Positions 24,031 through 34,509 are shown, numbered from the stretch's first letter. The stretch: DNA of 47,957 nucleotides from a virus (IMGVR_UViG_3300048892_000209:1-47957); one strand, 5' to 3'. Notes: generated by a model from the sequence alone, not told the origin. Translations and numbers: made by a program.

Positions 24031-26687
24031 CAGCTCTCCGGTAGGACAAGGCCGCGGGCCTGCCAGAACAGCCTGAAGCTGGCGTCGTCGATCGCCGTGT
24101 CGGGGAGCGAGTCGACTTCGCCGCGGGAGAGCTTGACGATCGTCCGCACTGACCGGTTCTCCCTACGCGCCGGCGGCGGGTGGACATAAGTCCCTCGGTA
24201 ATCGGCACGCGGGCTGACGACCGTGCCGGTCGAATCCTGTCGCAGCATTGAGTCGGACCGCACTTCGAGCGATCGACTCGCGTAGATCGCGGCGTCCGCC
24301 ACTCCAGTGAGAAGGGAGAAGTTGTCGAACTGGCGGGTGCAGGCAGCGGCCTTCGCCCATTCGTCGTACATTCCAGCTTGGCCAGTCGCGAGCGCTCCTC
24401 CGATGGCGAGATCGGCGTCATAGCCTTCGAGGGTCACCCCGTTGCCTTCGACCCGCCAGCGGCCGCTTGGGAACGCGGTGAGGCGGAGTGGGATTTCGCT
24501 GAAGCTGGTGACTCCCGTCGCGACGATGGCAGAGCGGATGAACGTCTGCGAACCGCCTACCTTTTTGAACACTTCGACGGCGATCTGTTTGCTCGAGGAC
24601 ATGCCGACCAGAACCGCTTTGAACCAGTTGTTGACGTTCGTGTAGCGGAGAAGGAGCCCCTGCTGTGATTCAACGAAGCCCATCGTGGTGGCGGTGAGCA
24701 GCACCGAGACGGAGGCGAAGGGCGACGTCGTCGCCCCGGCTATCGCATAGGAGCCTGAGCCGGCAACGTCACTGACGACCGCGCGTTCCGCCACCTTGAA
24801 GGTCGAATTGACTTTGAAGCCTTCGGCACCGACTTTGTTGGCCTCTGACCAACTGCCGCCGACGGGCATCGCCTTCGGCGTGTCGAGGTTGCCGGCAGTC
24901 TGTTCGAACTCATCGTGCGCCGCGACCGTGGTCAGCCCGGAAGGGGTCGGTTCGACTTTGAGCTCGCCGTAGCCCTCGTCCGCGGGGAACAGGAAGAGGC
25001 CGTCGATATAGATGTCATCGCCTGGTTGAGTCGAGCTTGCGAGGACCCGGCCCTCCCAACGCTGGGTCCCGGCCGGCGCCTTTTCGATCGTCACCAGGCC
25101 GAGGTCGGTGAAGGTAAACACCCCCTCGAGTTCGTTGGCTTCCCAAGTCTTGGAGTCGTTGAGGGTGCTCTGCTGAAAATCGCCCTGGGCCCATTGCAGA
25201 GCCACCGTAACCTTTCCGGCGTTGCTGGACGGCCGGAAGAGGCGGGCGAAGATACGAAAGGTGCCGACGTGAGCGAAGTGATTGCCGCCGCCCGTTTTCT
25301 GGGTCGAGAGGATCGGCTGGAGCGTCGGGAAGAGAATCCCGTTGAAGACGGCGTTGCTCCCGCCCCCCGAGGCGCCTGAGAGGACTTTCAGTTCCGACCC
25401 ACCCATGAGCGTGCGGGTCTCGGCCTCGTAGAGAAGTTCGGCATCGGCCGACGCGCTGTAGTTGCAACTCTGCAGTCCCCAGATCAAGGACCACTGGTCA
25501 ACGCCCTGGTCATCGTCGACGACCAGGCGCGCGGCAGCGGGCACATCGCCGAGCGGGATCTGATCGACGCCGATGACGGCCGGCTTCGCGGTCTCGACGT
25601 GGTCGGTGCCAGCGGTCTCGTTGGCCTTCCCCGATCGCCAGAACGGTCGCGCGGTGAAGGTGATGGTGACTTCGGTCCACTTGTTCGCAAGGGCCGTGTT
25701 GTCGAGGTCATAGTCAGCCGAGCCTTCGAGGAGATCGAAGACGCAGACGGCCCCGCTCGGCGAGACGTATTCGAGGGTGCCGCCGACCCCGCCTTCTTCG
25801 TTGATCTTCCCGACCTTCTGCTCGAGGTAGCCGAGTTGGGTATTCAGATCCGCCGCCGAAGAGCCGACGACCCGGCAAGTGATCGTGATCACGCGGTTTT
25901 GGTAGCGCAGGTTGGCCGGCAGGCCGCCCTCCGTGTCGGAGCTTTCGGCCCAGCTGATGTCCCGAGGAGGCGTTGGGAACTTCGCTCCCATCGCGCGACA
26001 CTTCGAGCCGTCATTGAGATCTAGCTGCTTGGCTGCTAACGGGACAGGCACAACCTCCCCGAGCTGGGAAGGGGATTCAAATGGGGTGCCCGTCCAACCG
26101 GCATAGCCAGATGCAAGCTGTGCTGAGGTGGGGAAATCAACCTTGCCAACACATTCTCCCAACTCAACCACGACTTGATCGACATACACCTCAAGCGTCT
26201 CTCCAGTGTTCAGCCCAAAGGAGGAGCTGGCATTAGAGCCAAAGACGACGACACAATGCGTTGCGGAAGTCGGAGAAGGCGCGGTGGCGTTGATTCGACC
26301 TTCCCCCGTGGCCCCAACATTCGCAAGGATGGAGGTAACTAACAATGCATTCGAGGCATCGAACCATTGAACAAACGCCAAGACATTTTTCGCGCCCTTC
26401 TGCACAAGGTTATATCGCAGGGAAAAGGTGTAAACGAGAGCTTCTTCGACTGGAATGTCGAGCGAAGTGCTGCGGCCGCAGTGAATGTTCGCTGCCTGTT
26501 CAGGAGCACCCGATTTGAACTTCAGGTAGCGGCTCTTTGAGCCAGCGAATTTCCATGCTTCCGAGAAAGCATCGGCTTCTACGGTTCCCGTGCCGCTTCC
26601 GCGTTCCCAGCCCACCGCTGCCTCGGCGGCCCCAAATAGGGCGAGGTTCGTCCTCAGCGGATCAAGGATGAGTCCGATGCCAGCCAT
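24030..26687 (-). CDS. Minor tail protein (distal-tail-like) with carbohydrate-binding-like inserts
   Basis: First gene after tape measure; NRVITITCRV...TITFTARPFW Dit-like core; start ATG 26687. Confidence 0.8.
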   Translation of the reverse strand: MAGIGLILDPLRTNLALFGAAEAAVGWERGSGTGTVEADAFSEAWKFAGSKSRYLKFKSGAPEQAANIHCGRSTSLDIPVEEALVYTFSLRYNLVQKGAKNVLAFVQWFDASNALLVTSILANVGATGEGRINATAPSPTSATHCVVVFGSNASSSFGLNTGETLEVYVDQVVVELGECVGKVDFPTSAQLASGYAGWTGTPFESPSQLGEVVPVPLAAKQLDLNDGSKCRAMGAKFPTPPRDISWAESSDTEGGLPANLRYQNRVITITCRVVGSSAADLNTQLGYLEQKVGKINEEGGVGGTLEYVSPSGAVCVFDLLEGSADYDLDNTALANKWTEVTITFTARPFWRSGKANETAGTDHVETAKPAVIGVDQIPLGDVPAAARLVVDDDQGVDQWSLIWGLQSCNYSASADAELLYEAETRTLMGGSELKVLSGASGGGSNAVFNGILFPTLQPILSTQKTGGGNHFAHVGTFRIFARLFRPSSNAGKVTVALQWAQGDFQQSTLNDSKTWEANELEGVFTFTDLGLVTIEKAPAGTQRWEGRVLASSTQPGDDIYIDGLFLFPADEGYGELKVEPTPSGLTTVAAHDEFEQTAGNLDTPKAMPVGGSWSEANKVGAEGFKVNSTFKVAERAVVSDVAGSGSYAIAGATTSPFASVSVLLTATTMGFVESQQGLLLRYTNVNNWFKAVLVGMSSSKQIAVEVFKKVGGSQTFIRSAIVATGVTSFSEIPLRLTAFPSGRWRVEGNGVTLEGYDADLAIGGALATGQAGMYDEWAKAAACTRQFDNFSLLTGVADAAIYASRSLEVRSDSMLRQDSTGTVVSPRADYRGTYVHPPPARRENRSVRTIVKLSRGEVDSLPDTAIDDASFRLFWQARGLVLPES

Positions 26688-26691
26688 CAGC

Positions 26692-29600
26692 TCAGTAACT
26701 AGCCAACGCTCCGGCGACGCTCCCCGACTGGAACCCAAGACCAACGCGCCCACCGATCTGCCCAGAGACGACGGCGGCGATCGCCTGCGCCAGCACCCCG
26801 TACTGGGACTGGCTGACGTTAAGCGCACGCTGTTTTTCTTCGGAGTCCTGTTTTTGGAGGGCCATCTGTTCTTCCAGCTTCTGGTTCAGTTCAGCCAGCC
26901 CGTTGCCGATCGATTCTTTGATCTGGGTCAGGACGCTGATCGCTTCGATGTCGTCCCGTGGATCAGCGGTCTGTTCGGCCGCGACGAGATTCTTTTCCGC
27001 GATCGCCAGCATCTTTTCCCGAGCTGCCTTTTCGCCGGCGGCGTCGTGATGCAGTTCGGCCACCGCCAAGTCCCGACTGGCGAAGTCCATTTCGGTCGGC
27101 TTGTTTTCTTCTTCCTGCGCTTCCGGGGAATCGGGGCCGGTGTGGATCGTTTCGTTGAGGCCCTGCAGCTTCGTCAGCGCTCCGCCCAGCAGCCCCTGAA
27201 GTCGGGCCTGTTCGGTGAGTTTGTGGTTCCGCTCTTTCGTCGTCAGGTTGCCCTTGAGATCCTTGGCAAGTTCGCGAAGGCGCTTTTCCAGGCGCTGCTT
27301 TTCTTCCTGCACCAGCTTCTTCTGGAATTCAGCGGCCGCAATGTCGTCAGCGTGGCTGTCAGCGCTGGTTTCATTGCCTTCGGCGTCGAAGGTTCGCTGC
27401 TTGGTCCCGCTCGCGAGTTCGGCCGCGAGTTCGCCGGCGCTCATCTTCTGGGCGACCGTCACGCCTGGCGCCGTAAGCATCTTCTTGATGGCTGCGGGAA
27501 GGGCGGCCGCGGCCGGTTCAAGCGGGGTTCTCTTCAGCCCTGGAAGGATCGTTTCGGTCATGCGCGGCGGCTTGCCCTTCGCCGGGCCGGGGCTGCCGTA
27601 GGTTCCACCGCCTGAGCCGGTGTGGCCAGCCGGGAACGTCTTGCCGCCCCCTCCTACCCCGCCGCCCGAACCGTGTACGTTGGCGCCGCCCATACCTCTG
27701 ATCACTTCTTCGGCGACCCCTATGAATTCTGGCCCATAGGCGCCTGCGCCCCCACCGGAAAGCCCGCTCTGTTCTGCCTCCCACTGTCCCCACGCCTGCC
27801 AGAAGCCGCCGGTTTCCTGCCAGTTCTGGAACGCGGCCTTCGAGGACAGAATCGGGTTGAGCCTCGCCGCGGCGCTGCCGAACGCCGGCGACTCGGCCCA
27901 TCCGCCGATATGGCCGCCTGGCCCTTGCACCATGTTGGAGGCGTTGAAGCTCGACTCGGACTTGATCGTCCCGAGCCCGGCGGCGATGACGCCGGGCTTC
28001 GCCGGGAAGCCACCGAGGATCATGGCGATCCCCCATTCCTTGGGGCTGAGGACCCCACTGTGCTTAATGTCGGAGGAGGTGTAGCCGCCGCGGCCGAAGG
28101 TCTGCTTGAAGCCGCCACGGGCATAGCCGCCCCCGGTCGGGTGCGAGAAGTGGACGGGGTCCTTGGACCCGGCGTAGATCAAGGTCTTTGCGAACCGCGA
28201 GTGCGACAGCCACCCCGCTAGCGCTTCAGCGCCGGGGCTGACATCGACGGCGCCGAGCGGGTAGACGATCCCCTCGTGACGAGAGCCCGGACCGCCGAGG
28301 GATTTGGGCACGGCCGCCGGCCGCACACCGCTGTTGTAGATCGCCGTCTGTTCTGCGTCGGTGCGGAAGCCCGAAGAGACGGTGAAGGCGACACCGGCCT
28401 TACGGGCGTCGAGAAGGATCTTGGCGATCCATTCAGCGACGGGCTTGCCGTCGATCGTCATCAGGCCCTTGCCGGACGGCACGGCACCACCGCCGCCGTG
28501 AGTGGGGCCGTGGAGGCTGAGGTACTTGTCGATGCCTTTGAGGACGTGTTCGAGGGCGCCTCCAGCCAACGAGGAGGTGGCGCGTGGTCCCTGGATGTCG
28601 ACCGCGCCACCACGCGCCATGTAGTGGGGGGTCCGCTGGTTGGCGAAGAGTTCCTCGAGGGACCCGTTCTGGACCACGCCGAACTGTTTTGCGAAGGCCA
28701 GCCCCTTCTGGACTTCTGGCTGCTGATGTCGGGTCAGGAACGCCTCACCCGGTGCCGCCATCACTTCGACGGTGTCGCGGAGCCCGGCGCCGGGCAGGTA
28801 GCCCGAGAGGCCATAGCCGCCGCGGGCGCGGTGCGGGCCAGCCCCGCCGTGCGCCGTGGCGACCTTCTCCCCCGGTTGGGCCTTGCGATTTTCGCCTTCG
28901 AGATTGCCCCAGAGGACTTTCGCTTTGAACTCGACCATGTTGTGTAGGCCGAGCGCCTTCAGCATGTCGTCGGTGTTGGTGCCGATGTTGTTCAGGGCAC
29001 CGCCGACACCTTGCGCAGCTTCTTTGAAGGCTTCGGCGACCGGCCCCGTCGCTCCTTGGCGCACCCCTTCACGAAGTTGCTTGTTGGTGGCACCGAACTT
29101 CCGCACCTCGTAGTCGGTGAGGTTGTCGATCTGGGCTTCGATCTTCGGGTGGCCCTCCGCCCATGCCTCAAGCATGTTGTCCGTGGTGGCCCGCGCTTTT
29201 TCTCGGGCAGCCTTTGGCATCACTTCAAGCTTGTGCACCCAATCGCTGATCCCGCCGGCGGACACGACTCCGACTTCCTTGAAGGTCTTCACGGTCGCCC
29301 GAGCCAGCCCGAATGGGTCAGTGCCTTTCACGAGTTGAATTTCGCCAAGCAGCCGGTTGATTTCCTTGTGCCCCGCATCGGCGTCGATCTGACCTGCCGC
29401 CATTCCCTGCCTGATCTCTTCGACTGCGGCGTGCATTGCCGCCGCAGCGTGGTCCCGCCATTTGCCCGAGCCGCGAATCCAGGTTTCGTTGGTGATGCTG
29501 AGCCCGGTGCCGAGGGCCTCGTTAATCGCCCCCATCCCGAGCGCAGCGTCCGACTTCAGCTTGCGCATGGTGGCCCCGAACTGCTTGCGGAGCGAGTCGA

Positions 29601-32097
29601 GCTGCCCTTGGGACTTCGAGAAGTCGAAGCCTTCGAATTTCTGGATCGCATCGACTTCGGTCTTCGGACTGGCGGTCTTTGAAGCATTGATCAAGCCGCC
29701 GCCGGGGTTCACGAGGAAAGCACCCACCGCCGCCGTTCCAGCCGTTGCGGCTAGGCCGCCGGCCGTCCCAAGAAAGCCCGGGAGAGCCGAGAGCGCGCGG
29801 GCACCCAAGGTCTGCCCCGCCGCTCCGCCCCCAAAGAATCCTGCATCGCGGAGCGCCTGCTTCTCGCCAAACTCTCCAGCGTCGGCGACAGTGGACTTTG
29901 CCGCCGTCCGACCGAGACCGGGGATCGGCACACCCCCAGCCCCTGCGGCTGCCTGCTCGGCGTCAATCAGGCCCAGCGTGGTCGCCAGCTTCTTGGCAAT
30001 GCCGAGTGCCGTCGAGAGGCCCGAGACCATGCCGACGAACTTCATGGCTTTGCTCACTGCCACGAGGCCGCCGATAGTCACGAGGAGGGTCTTCATCCCC
30101 GGCACGTTTTGCACCAAAGAATTGATGACGCTTAGGAGGCGCGTGACGTTTTCAACGAAGAGAACGAGTGGTCCGCTCGCCCCGCCAAGGCTGCCGAATA
30201 GTTTTCCGAGCTGCACGAGGCCCTGGATCAGCGCCGGGCCGAGAGCTTTGGTGGTCCCTTCGAGCAGTTCCTTGAAGACGGGAACGAGTTGCGTCCGAAC
30301 TTCATGAGTCAGGGTGTAGAAGCCTTCGCCGTTGGAGAGCGAGAGGAAGGCACCCCCCACGTCCTTAATCAGCCGGCCGACCTCGAAGATCCCGGGTTTC
30401 GCCTGCTGGAAGTAATCGCGCAGCGCGTTCTTGCCCTCGAGAGAATGGGTCCAAGCCGAGAACTGTTCGGCTTGGCCGTTCAACGCCCTCAGAATCGAGT
30501 TACCGAGCGGATAGGCGGCCTTGCCGATTTCGAGCAGGCCCGTTGCGACGTTCTTGAAGATCGACCCGACGGTTTCCATCGTGCGCCGGGTCTTGTCGAA
30601 GAAGCCGCCCAGTTTGCCGGTTTCCCTGCCAGACTTCGCGGTGTTGTCGATCCAGGTAGCGAACTGTTCGGTGCTCTTGGCCATCCATTGGATCAGGGGC
30701 TGGCCGGCGACCAGCGCTTGCCGCAGAGCGTCGGCGAGCTTGAGGCCGCTGTTCCCCATCCGCTCGATCACCTCGGCGTTGCCGTCGGCGACCTTGGTGA
30801 AGTCGCGACCAAAGCCCTTGCTGCCGACGAGCTCCCCCGCCCGCCGAGCGAGGCCGCCCATTACCTTGCCAGTGGCGCCGACCGCATCCTCCAGCCTGGG
30901 AAACAGGAGGAGCGCCTTTCGGATCCCGCCTTCAACACCGGGGAACAGGCCGCCCGCCGCAGCTCCCTGCAGCTCGGTCAGTTTCGGTTTTAGCCCGAAA
31001 ATGAACTTGGCGAACTTCTGGGATGCGGCAGGCAGCAAGGCAAGTTTGGAGGCGAGTTTGCCCGCGGCCCCGCCCGTTTCTTCGAAGGATTCCTTCTGGG
31101 CCTTCTCAGCCGTGCTCAGCCCGCGAACGGCTTCAGCAACCTGGAGGTTCGCTTCGCCGAGCTGCCGTTTGGCTTCGAGGTATTTCGGGCTTCCCTGGAC
31201 CCCCTGTCGGGAACCCCTCGCCGCTTCATGGTCTGCGCGCTGCTTTTCGAGCTTGGCCTCTTTGAGGCCCTGGCGTGCTTCCTTGACGCCGAGTTCGAGC
31301 CCTTCGAGTTCAGCTGCCGAATGACCGCCCGGTTCGGCCAGCGCTTTCTTCAGTTCGGTGCGGGCGTCGCGCAGGCTCATGGCAGCTCGCTGCTCGCCGA
31401 ACCCCGCGTCGATGGCGGCGTTTTTCAGATCCTTGAGGTTTTCGGTCGCTTCCTCGCGGGCCTTGGTGAGTTCGGTCTGGGCCCGCCGTGCTCCGACCTG
31501 GGCCTGGGTCAGTTGGCGCTCGGCACTCCGCACCCCTTCGGCCGCGCTTTCCTGCGCCTTGCCACTTCGCTTGGCCGTCTCGCCGGCGGCAACCTGCTGA
31601 GCGCTCATTTCGCTCAAGACGCCCTTCACGCCCCCTACTGCCAGCCCCGCAACGCCAAGTCCCTGTGCGAAAGAGCCGAGCAGTGCCGGGTAGGCGACCA
31701 AGGCGCCGGAGAGGGGCGCCAGGGCCGAGGTGAGGGCGACCGCGCCAGCGGAGAGCGTCCCGAGACCCTCAGCGGCATAGCCGACGCCCGAGATGAGCGC
31801 CGGCCATTTGATCAGGCTGAACGCGTTCCGCATCCCGGTGAACCGGGCGTTCACCGTCTGGATCTCGCTCGAGAGCCCATTAGTGTCCCGGCTCGCCGTC
31901 CGGGCTTTGTGGGAGTAGCGATCGGTGCTCTCGCTGACGCGGTCGATCGAGACTGAGGTCTTGCCGAGCCTGGCGTTGGTGCGATCGGCGGAGTCCCCGA
32001 TGCCATCGATAGCCCGCTCGGCACGTTTCGCCCCGGCCTCAACCGAGCCGACATCCATCGTCGCGCTTATGCGTATGCGACCGCCAGGTCGTCCCAT
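26692..32097 (-). CDS. Tape measure protein with C-terminal cell-wall hydrolase domains
   Basis: 1801 aa, Ala/Gly-rich helical; SSGFRTDAEQ...SRHEG...AVDV...DPVHFS (M15-like) and IKSESSFNAS (lysozyme-like). Confidence 0.92.
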   Translation of the reverse strand: MGRPGGRIRISATMDVGSVEAGAKRAERAIDGIGDSADRTNARLGKTSVSIDRVSESTDRYSHKARTASRDTNGLSSEIQTVNARFTGMRNAFSLIKWPALISGVGYAAEGLGTLSAGAVALTSALAPLSGALVAYPALLGSFAQGLGVAGLAVGGVKGVLSEMSAQQVAAGETAKRSGKAQESAAEGVRSAERQLTQAQVGARRAQTELTKAREEATENLKDLKNAAIDAGFGEQRAAMSLRDARTELKKALAEPGGHSAAELEGLELGVKEARQGLKEAKLEKQRADHEAARGSRQGVQGSPKYLEAKRQLGEANLQVAEAVRGLSTAEKAQKESFEETGGAAGKLASKLALLPAASQKFAKFIFGLKPKLTELQGAAAGGLFPGVEGGIRKALLLFPRLEDAVGATGKVMGGLARRAGELVGSKGFGRDFTKVADGNAEVIERMGNSGLKLADALRQALVAGQPLIQWMAKSTEQFATWIDNTAKSGRETGKLGGFFDKTRRTMETVGSIFKNVATGLLEIGKAAYPLGNSILRALNGQAEQFSAWTHSLEGKNALRDYFQQAKPGIFEVGRLIKDVGGAFLSLSNGEGFYTLTHEVRTQLVPVFKELLEGTTKALGPALIQGLVQLGKLFGSLGGASGPLVLFVENVTRLLSVINSLVQNVPGMKTLLVTIGGLVAVSKAMKFVGMVSGLSTALGIAKKLATTLGLIDAEQAAAGAGGVPIPGLGRTAAKSTVADAGEFGEKQALRDAGFFGGGAAGQTLGARALSALPGFLGTAGGLAATAGTAAVGAFLVNPGGGLINASKTASPKTEVDAIQKFEGFDFSKSQGQLDSLRKQFGATMRKLKSDAALGMGAINEALGTGLSITNETWIRGSGKWRDHAAAAMHAAVEEIRQGMAAGQIDADAGHKEINRLLGEIQLVKGTDPFGLARATVKTFKEVGVVSAGGISDWVHKLEVMPKAAREKARATTDNMLEAWAEGHPKIEAQIDNLTDYEVRKFGATNKQLREGVRQGATGPVAEAFKEAAQGVGGALNNIGTNTDDMLKALGLHNMVEFKAKVLWGNLEGENRKAQPGEKVATAHGGAGPHRARGGYGLSGYLPGAGLRDTVEVMAAPGEAFLTRHQQPEVQKGLAFAKQFGVVQNGSLEELFANQRTPHYMARGGAVDIQGPRATSSLAGGALEHVLKGIDKYLSLHGPTHGGGGAVPSGKGLMTIDGKPVAEWIAKILLDARKAGVAFTVSSGFRTDAEQTAIYNSGVRPAAVPKSLGGPGSRHEGIVYPLGAVDVSPGAEALAGWLSHSRFAKTLIYAGSKDPVHFSHPTGGGYARGGFKQTFGRGGYTSSDIKHSGVLSPKEWGIAMILGGFPAKPGVIAAGLGTIKSESSFNASNMVQGPGGHIGGWAESPAFGSAAARLNPILSSKAAFQNWQETGGFWQAWGQWEAEQSGLSGGGAGAYGPEFIGVAEEVIRGMGGANVHGSGGGVGGGGKTFPAGHTGSGGGTYGSPGPAKGKPPRMTETILPGLKRTPLEPAAAALPAAIKKMLTAPGVTVAQKMSAGELAAELASGTKQRTFDAEGNETSADSHADDIAAAEFQKKLVQEEKQRLEKRLRELAKDLKGNLTTKERNHKLTEQARLQGLLGGALTKLQGLNETIHTGPDSPEAQEEENKPTEMDFASRDLAVAELHHDAAGEKAAREKMLAIAEKNLVAAEQTADPRDDIEAISVLTQIKESIGNGLAELNQKLEEQMALQKQDSEEKQRALNVSQSQYGVLAQAIAAVVSGQIGGRVGLGFQSGSVAGALASY

Positions 32098-32307
32098 TCA
32101 GACGAACTCCTTCGGGGGCTGAGACAGCGGCTCGCCACCGGCGGCCTCTGCCTCGTCTCCGCTTTCCATGCCGCGCACGCGAACGTGCTGGCGGATCAAC
32201 AGGTCGATCTCTTGGGCAGGAAGCTCGTCTTCGGCTTCCTGCATTGAGATCCCGAACTCCCGACGGAGGAGGTAGAACTCCAGCTCCTCCTCGTCGGTCA
32301 GGTAGGG
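32098..32307 (-). CDS. Tail assembly chaperone extension (gpT-like, -1 frame)
   Basis: Open -1 frame PYLTDEEELEFYLLRREFGISMQEAEDELP... overlaps the chaperone end and stops immediately before the tape measure ATG. Confidence 0.7.
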   Translation of the reverse strand, partial: PYLTDEEELEFYLLRREFGISMQEAEDELPAQEIDLLIRQHVRVRGMESGDEAEAAGGEPLSQPPKEFV

Positions 32308-32645
32308 CGGCGCTTCGTGAACAGATCGCTCAGGAAGTCGAGGATGTCGGCGGACTCGATCTCATCGGCCACCCACAGCTCCTTCAGGATTCTCGACGCC
32401 TTGGTTTTCTTCCCCGGCTTGGGGACGATCAGTTCGTCGATTTGCTCCAGGATCAGGTCCATCGCCTCCTCGTCGGTGGTGAGGACATCGAAGCCATCGG
32501 CTTTCTCAATCACCTTCCGGACCTTTTTTTCCTTCGACCGGGTCAGGGCGACCGTTTCGAAGAAATGGACCGACTCGTCCTTGGAGTCGATCTCGACCGT
32601 CCGCGGTCGGAACCGCTTCTTGAACTGGATCGTGCCGCCGCTCAT
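32298..32645 (-). CDS. Tail assembly chaperone (gpG-like)
   Basis: Between major tail and tape measure genes; ends CGC CCT ACC TGA (RPT*). Confidence 0.8.
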   Translation of the reverse strand: MSGGTIQFKKRFRPRTVEIDSKDESVHFFETVALTRSKEKKVRKVIEKADGFDVLTTDEEAMDLILEQIDELIVPKPGKKTKASRILKELWVADEIESADILDFLSDLFTKRRPT

Positions 32646-33676
32646 CAGGCGTAGCTCGCAGTCGCGTTGACGATCTCGAAGGTGCTGGACCCCGAGCTGG
32701 TCGTCGTCGACTTCCAGCCGAAGGAGGCACCCAGGCGACGTTTGTTCTGCAGAGCTTCAGGCGTCCCGTCCGTGTACTGGGCGTTGGCCGCTTTGAAGAA
32801 CATCTTGTAGGGGTAGCCAGAGGCGATCACCGCCGTCGAGACCCACGAGGCCAGGAGTTCGAAGCCGGTCGCGGCCTTGAGGGCCTGGAGATCCTGAGAG
32901 TCGAGGATCTGCTTCGGGATCGTCCCCGAGACGACGATTGGGCCTCCCGAATTCGCCTTGAACATCGTGTCCGGGTAGAGCGACGGGATCCCGAGCGTGC
33001 GGGCCGGTTCGACCGGGTTGCTGATCGCCAACCCGAAGTCCTGCGTGACTCCGGTCCCAGCCAGATTCGATGGCAGCGTCAGGTTCCCGCGGAAGAACGG
33101 CGGGATCGAGAGGGCCTCAAAAGCCGGCGTCAGGGACGGGTTTGACTGTTCATCGAGGAACAGTCCGGGTCCGTTGACTTTCACCGCAGCACCTCCCTGT
33201 TCGGGCGTGTCGAGCGAAAGGTCTGACACAGCCAGGCCCTTGCCCTTCAGGTAGACGCCCTGGTCGGAGTACGCGATGTCCCCCTGCGCCGTGTTCGGGT
33301 AGGCCCCGGCGGGTCCAAAGGGCGCCGTGAAGCGATGGCGGAAGGCGCCGGTCGGAATGGTCCCGCCGCCGAGGTCGGTGATGACGCCGTTGCCGGCCGT
33401 CGTAGTCGGGGCGCCGAGGGTCAGAGCAAGGAGGAACGCCATCGTGTCGGGATAGGCCCGGACGTTCATTTCCCAGGTCGGGCTGTAGGACTCCGGCGTG
33501 ATCGCCAGCGGCTCGTCCGTATTCCGCATCTCATCGTCGCGGTTCAGCGGCGCCTCGCCCCGCGTTGGCTGCAGGGACTGCAGCGGCGGGAAGAGTTTCT
33601 TGGTGGATAGGGTCGGGGTGTTCACCTCGTTGCCCGGGAAGGTCTCCAGGGCGAGGCGGGTGTAGCCGGTGGGCAT
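32645..33676 (-). CDS. Major tail (tube) protein
   Basis: Position, size (343 aa), C-terminal EIVNATASYA. Confidence 0.8.
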   Translation of the reverse strand: MPTGYTRLALETFPGNEVNTPTLSTKKLFPPLQSLQPTRGEAPLNRDDEMRNTDEPLAITPESYSPTWEMNVRAYPDTMAFLLALTLGAPTTTAGNGVITDLGGGTIPTGAFRHRFTAPFGPAGAYPNTAQGDIAYSDQGVYLKGKGLAVSDLSLDTPEQGGAAVKVNGPGLFLDEQSNPSLTPAFEALSIPPFFRGNLTLPSNLAGTGVTQDFGLAISNPVEPARTLGIPSLYPDTMFKANSGGPIVVSGTIPKQILDSQDLQALKAATGFELLASWVSTAVIASGYPYKMFFKAANAQYTDGTPEALQNKRRLGASFGWKSTTTSSGSSTFEIVNATASYA

Positions 33677-33679
33677 GTG

Positions 33680-34027
33680 TTACTCCGCTCCTTTCAAGGC
33701 CGCAGCCTCGTCTTGCGCCCTGCTGGGGGCATCTCCGGCGCGGCCATCCCGACGCGCGTCTATCAGTGCGTTCCGGCCGGCCTGTAGGTCCGCCGCAGCG
33801 GCCTCTTCGGCCGCTTCCTCCTTGGTCGCCGAGACTTCGACGAGCTTCAGGCAGTCGTGCTCCTCGGCGGCTTCTTTTGCCTGCTCGAGCGTGAGGTCAT
33901 CGTCAGGGCCACCCACAAGGTGAGGGACATCGGGTCGGTAGTAGCCGGGGAGAGGGCTGACCACATGCGGAGAGGCAGGGGCGCCGCCCAGCGTGAGGAT
34001 GAGCCCGAATCGCTTCTTCGCTGACAT
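33680..34027 (-). CDS. Hypothetical virion-module protein
   Basis: ATG 34027 behind GAAAGGAA. Confidence 0.65.
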   Translation of the reverse strand: MSAKKRFGLILTLGGAPASPHVVSPLPGYYRPDVPHLVGGPDDDLTLEQAKEAAEEHDCLKLVEVSATKEEAAEEAAAADLQAGRNALIDARRDGRAGDAPSRAQDEAAALKGAE

Positions 34028-34086
34028 CGGGTGTTCCTTTCGGTTTGTAGGTGCTGGATGCCACCGGGTTGGTGGCACGGCGCCCG

Positions 34087-34509
34087 TTAGATGAACTTCA
34101 GAACCTCGACCTGGACCGCCCAGCGAATCTCCGGGCGGGCCTCCCCCTCGAGGATTTCGGGAGGAAGCACCTCGACAGCTTTGGCTTCCTGGCACAGCCC
34201 CCCGAGGCTGGGGTCCTCATCGATCGCCAAGACGAACTCCTCGACGAGATCAACTGCCCTGTCCTGCGAGGACTGCGCCTCGCTCAGATCGAAGTAGAAG
34301 ACGACGGGGAAGGTGGGCCGCCAGTCCTTCTGCCCGAGATGGTCCTCTGGCGCATCGAGCTGCGTGCGGGTGACCGTGGGCATCTCAATCACGGCGGCGG
34401 GCAGGTGGTCCAGTTCCCGCGGCGACCAGCGATAGCCCTTTCCACCGAGGCCCTCGACCTTCTCCTTGAGGGCGTCAGCCAGCGGAGCGAGTACCGCCGA
34501 CTCAGGCAT
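34087..34509 (-). CDS. Tail terminator / tail completion protein
   Basis: LPAAVIE...IDEDPSLGG pattern; position. Confidence 0.7.
   Translation of the reverse strand: MPESAVLAPLADALKEKVEGLGGKGYRWSPRELDHLPAAVIEMPTVTRTQLDAPEDHLGQKDWRPTFPVVFYFDLSEAQSSQDRAVDLVEEFVLAIDEDPSLGGLCQEAKAVEVLPPEILEGEARPEIRWAVQVEVLKFI

Noticed and set aside
22372-26687. Diversity-generating retroelement or invertible tail-fibre cassette
   Set aside because: No reverse transcriptase, invertase or template/variable repeat pair seen
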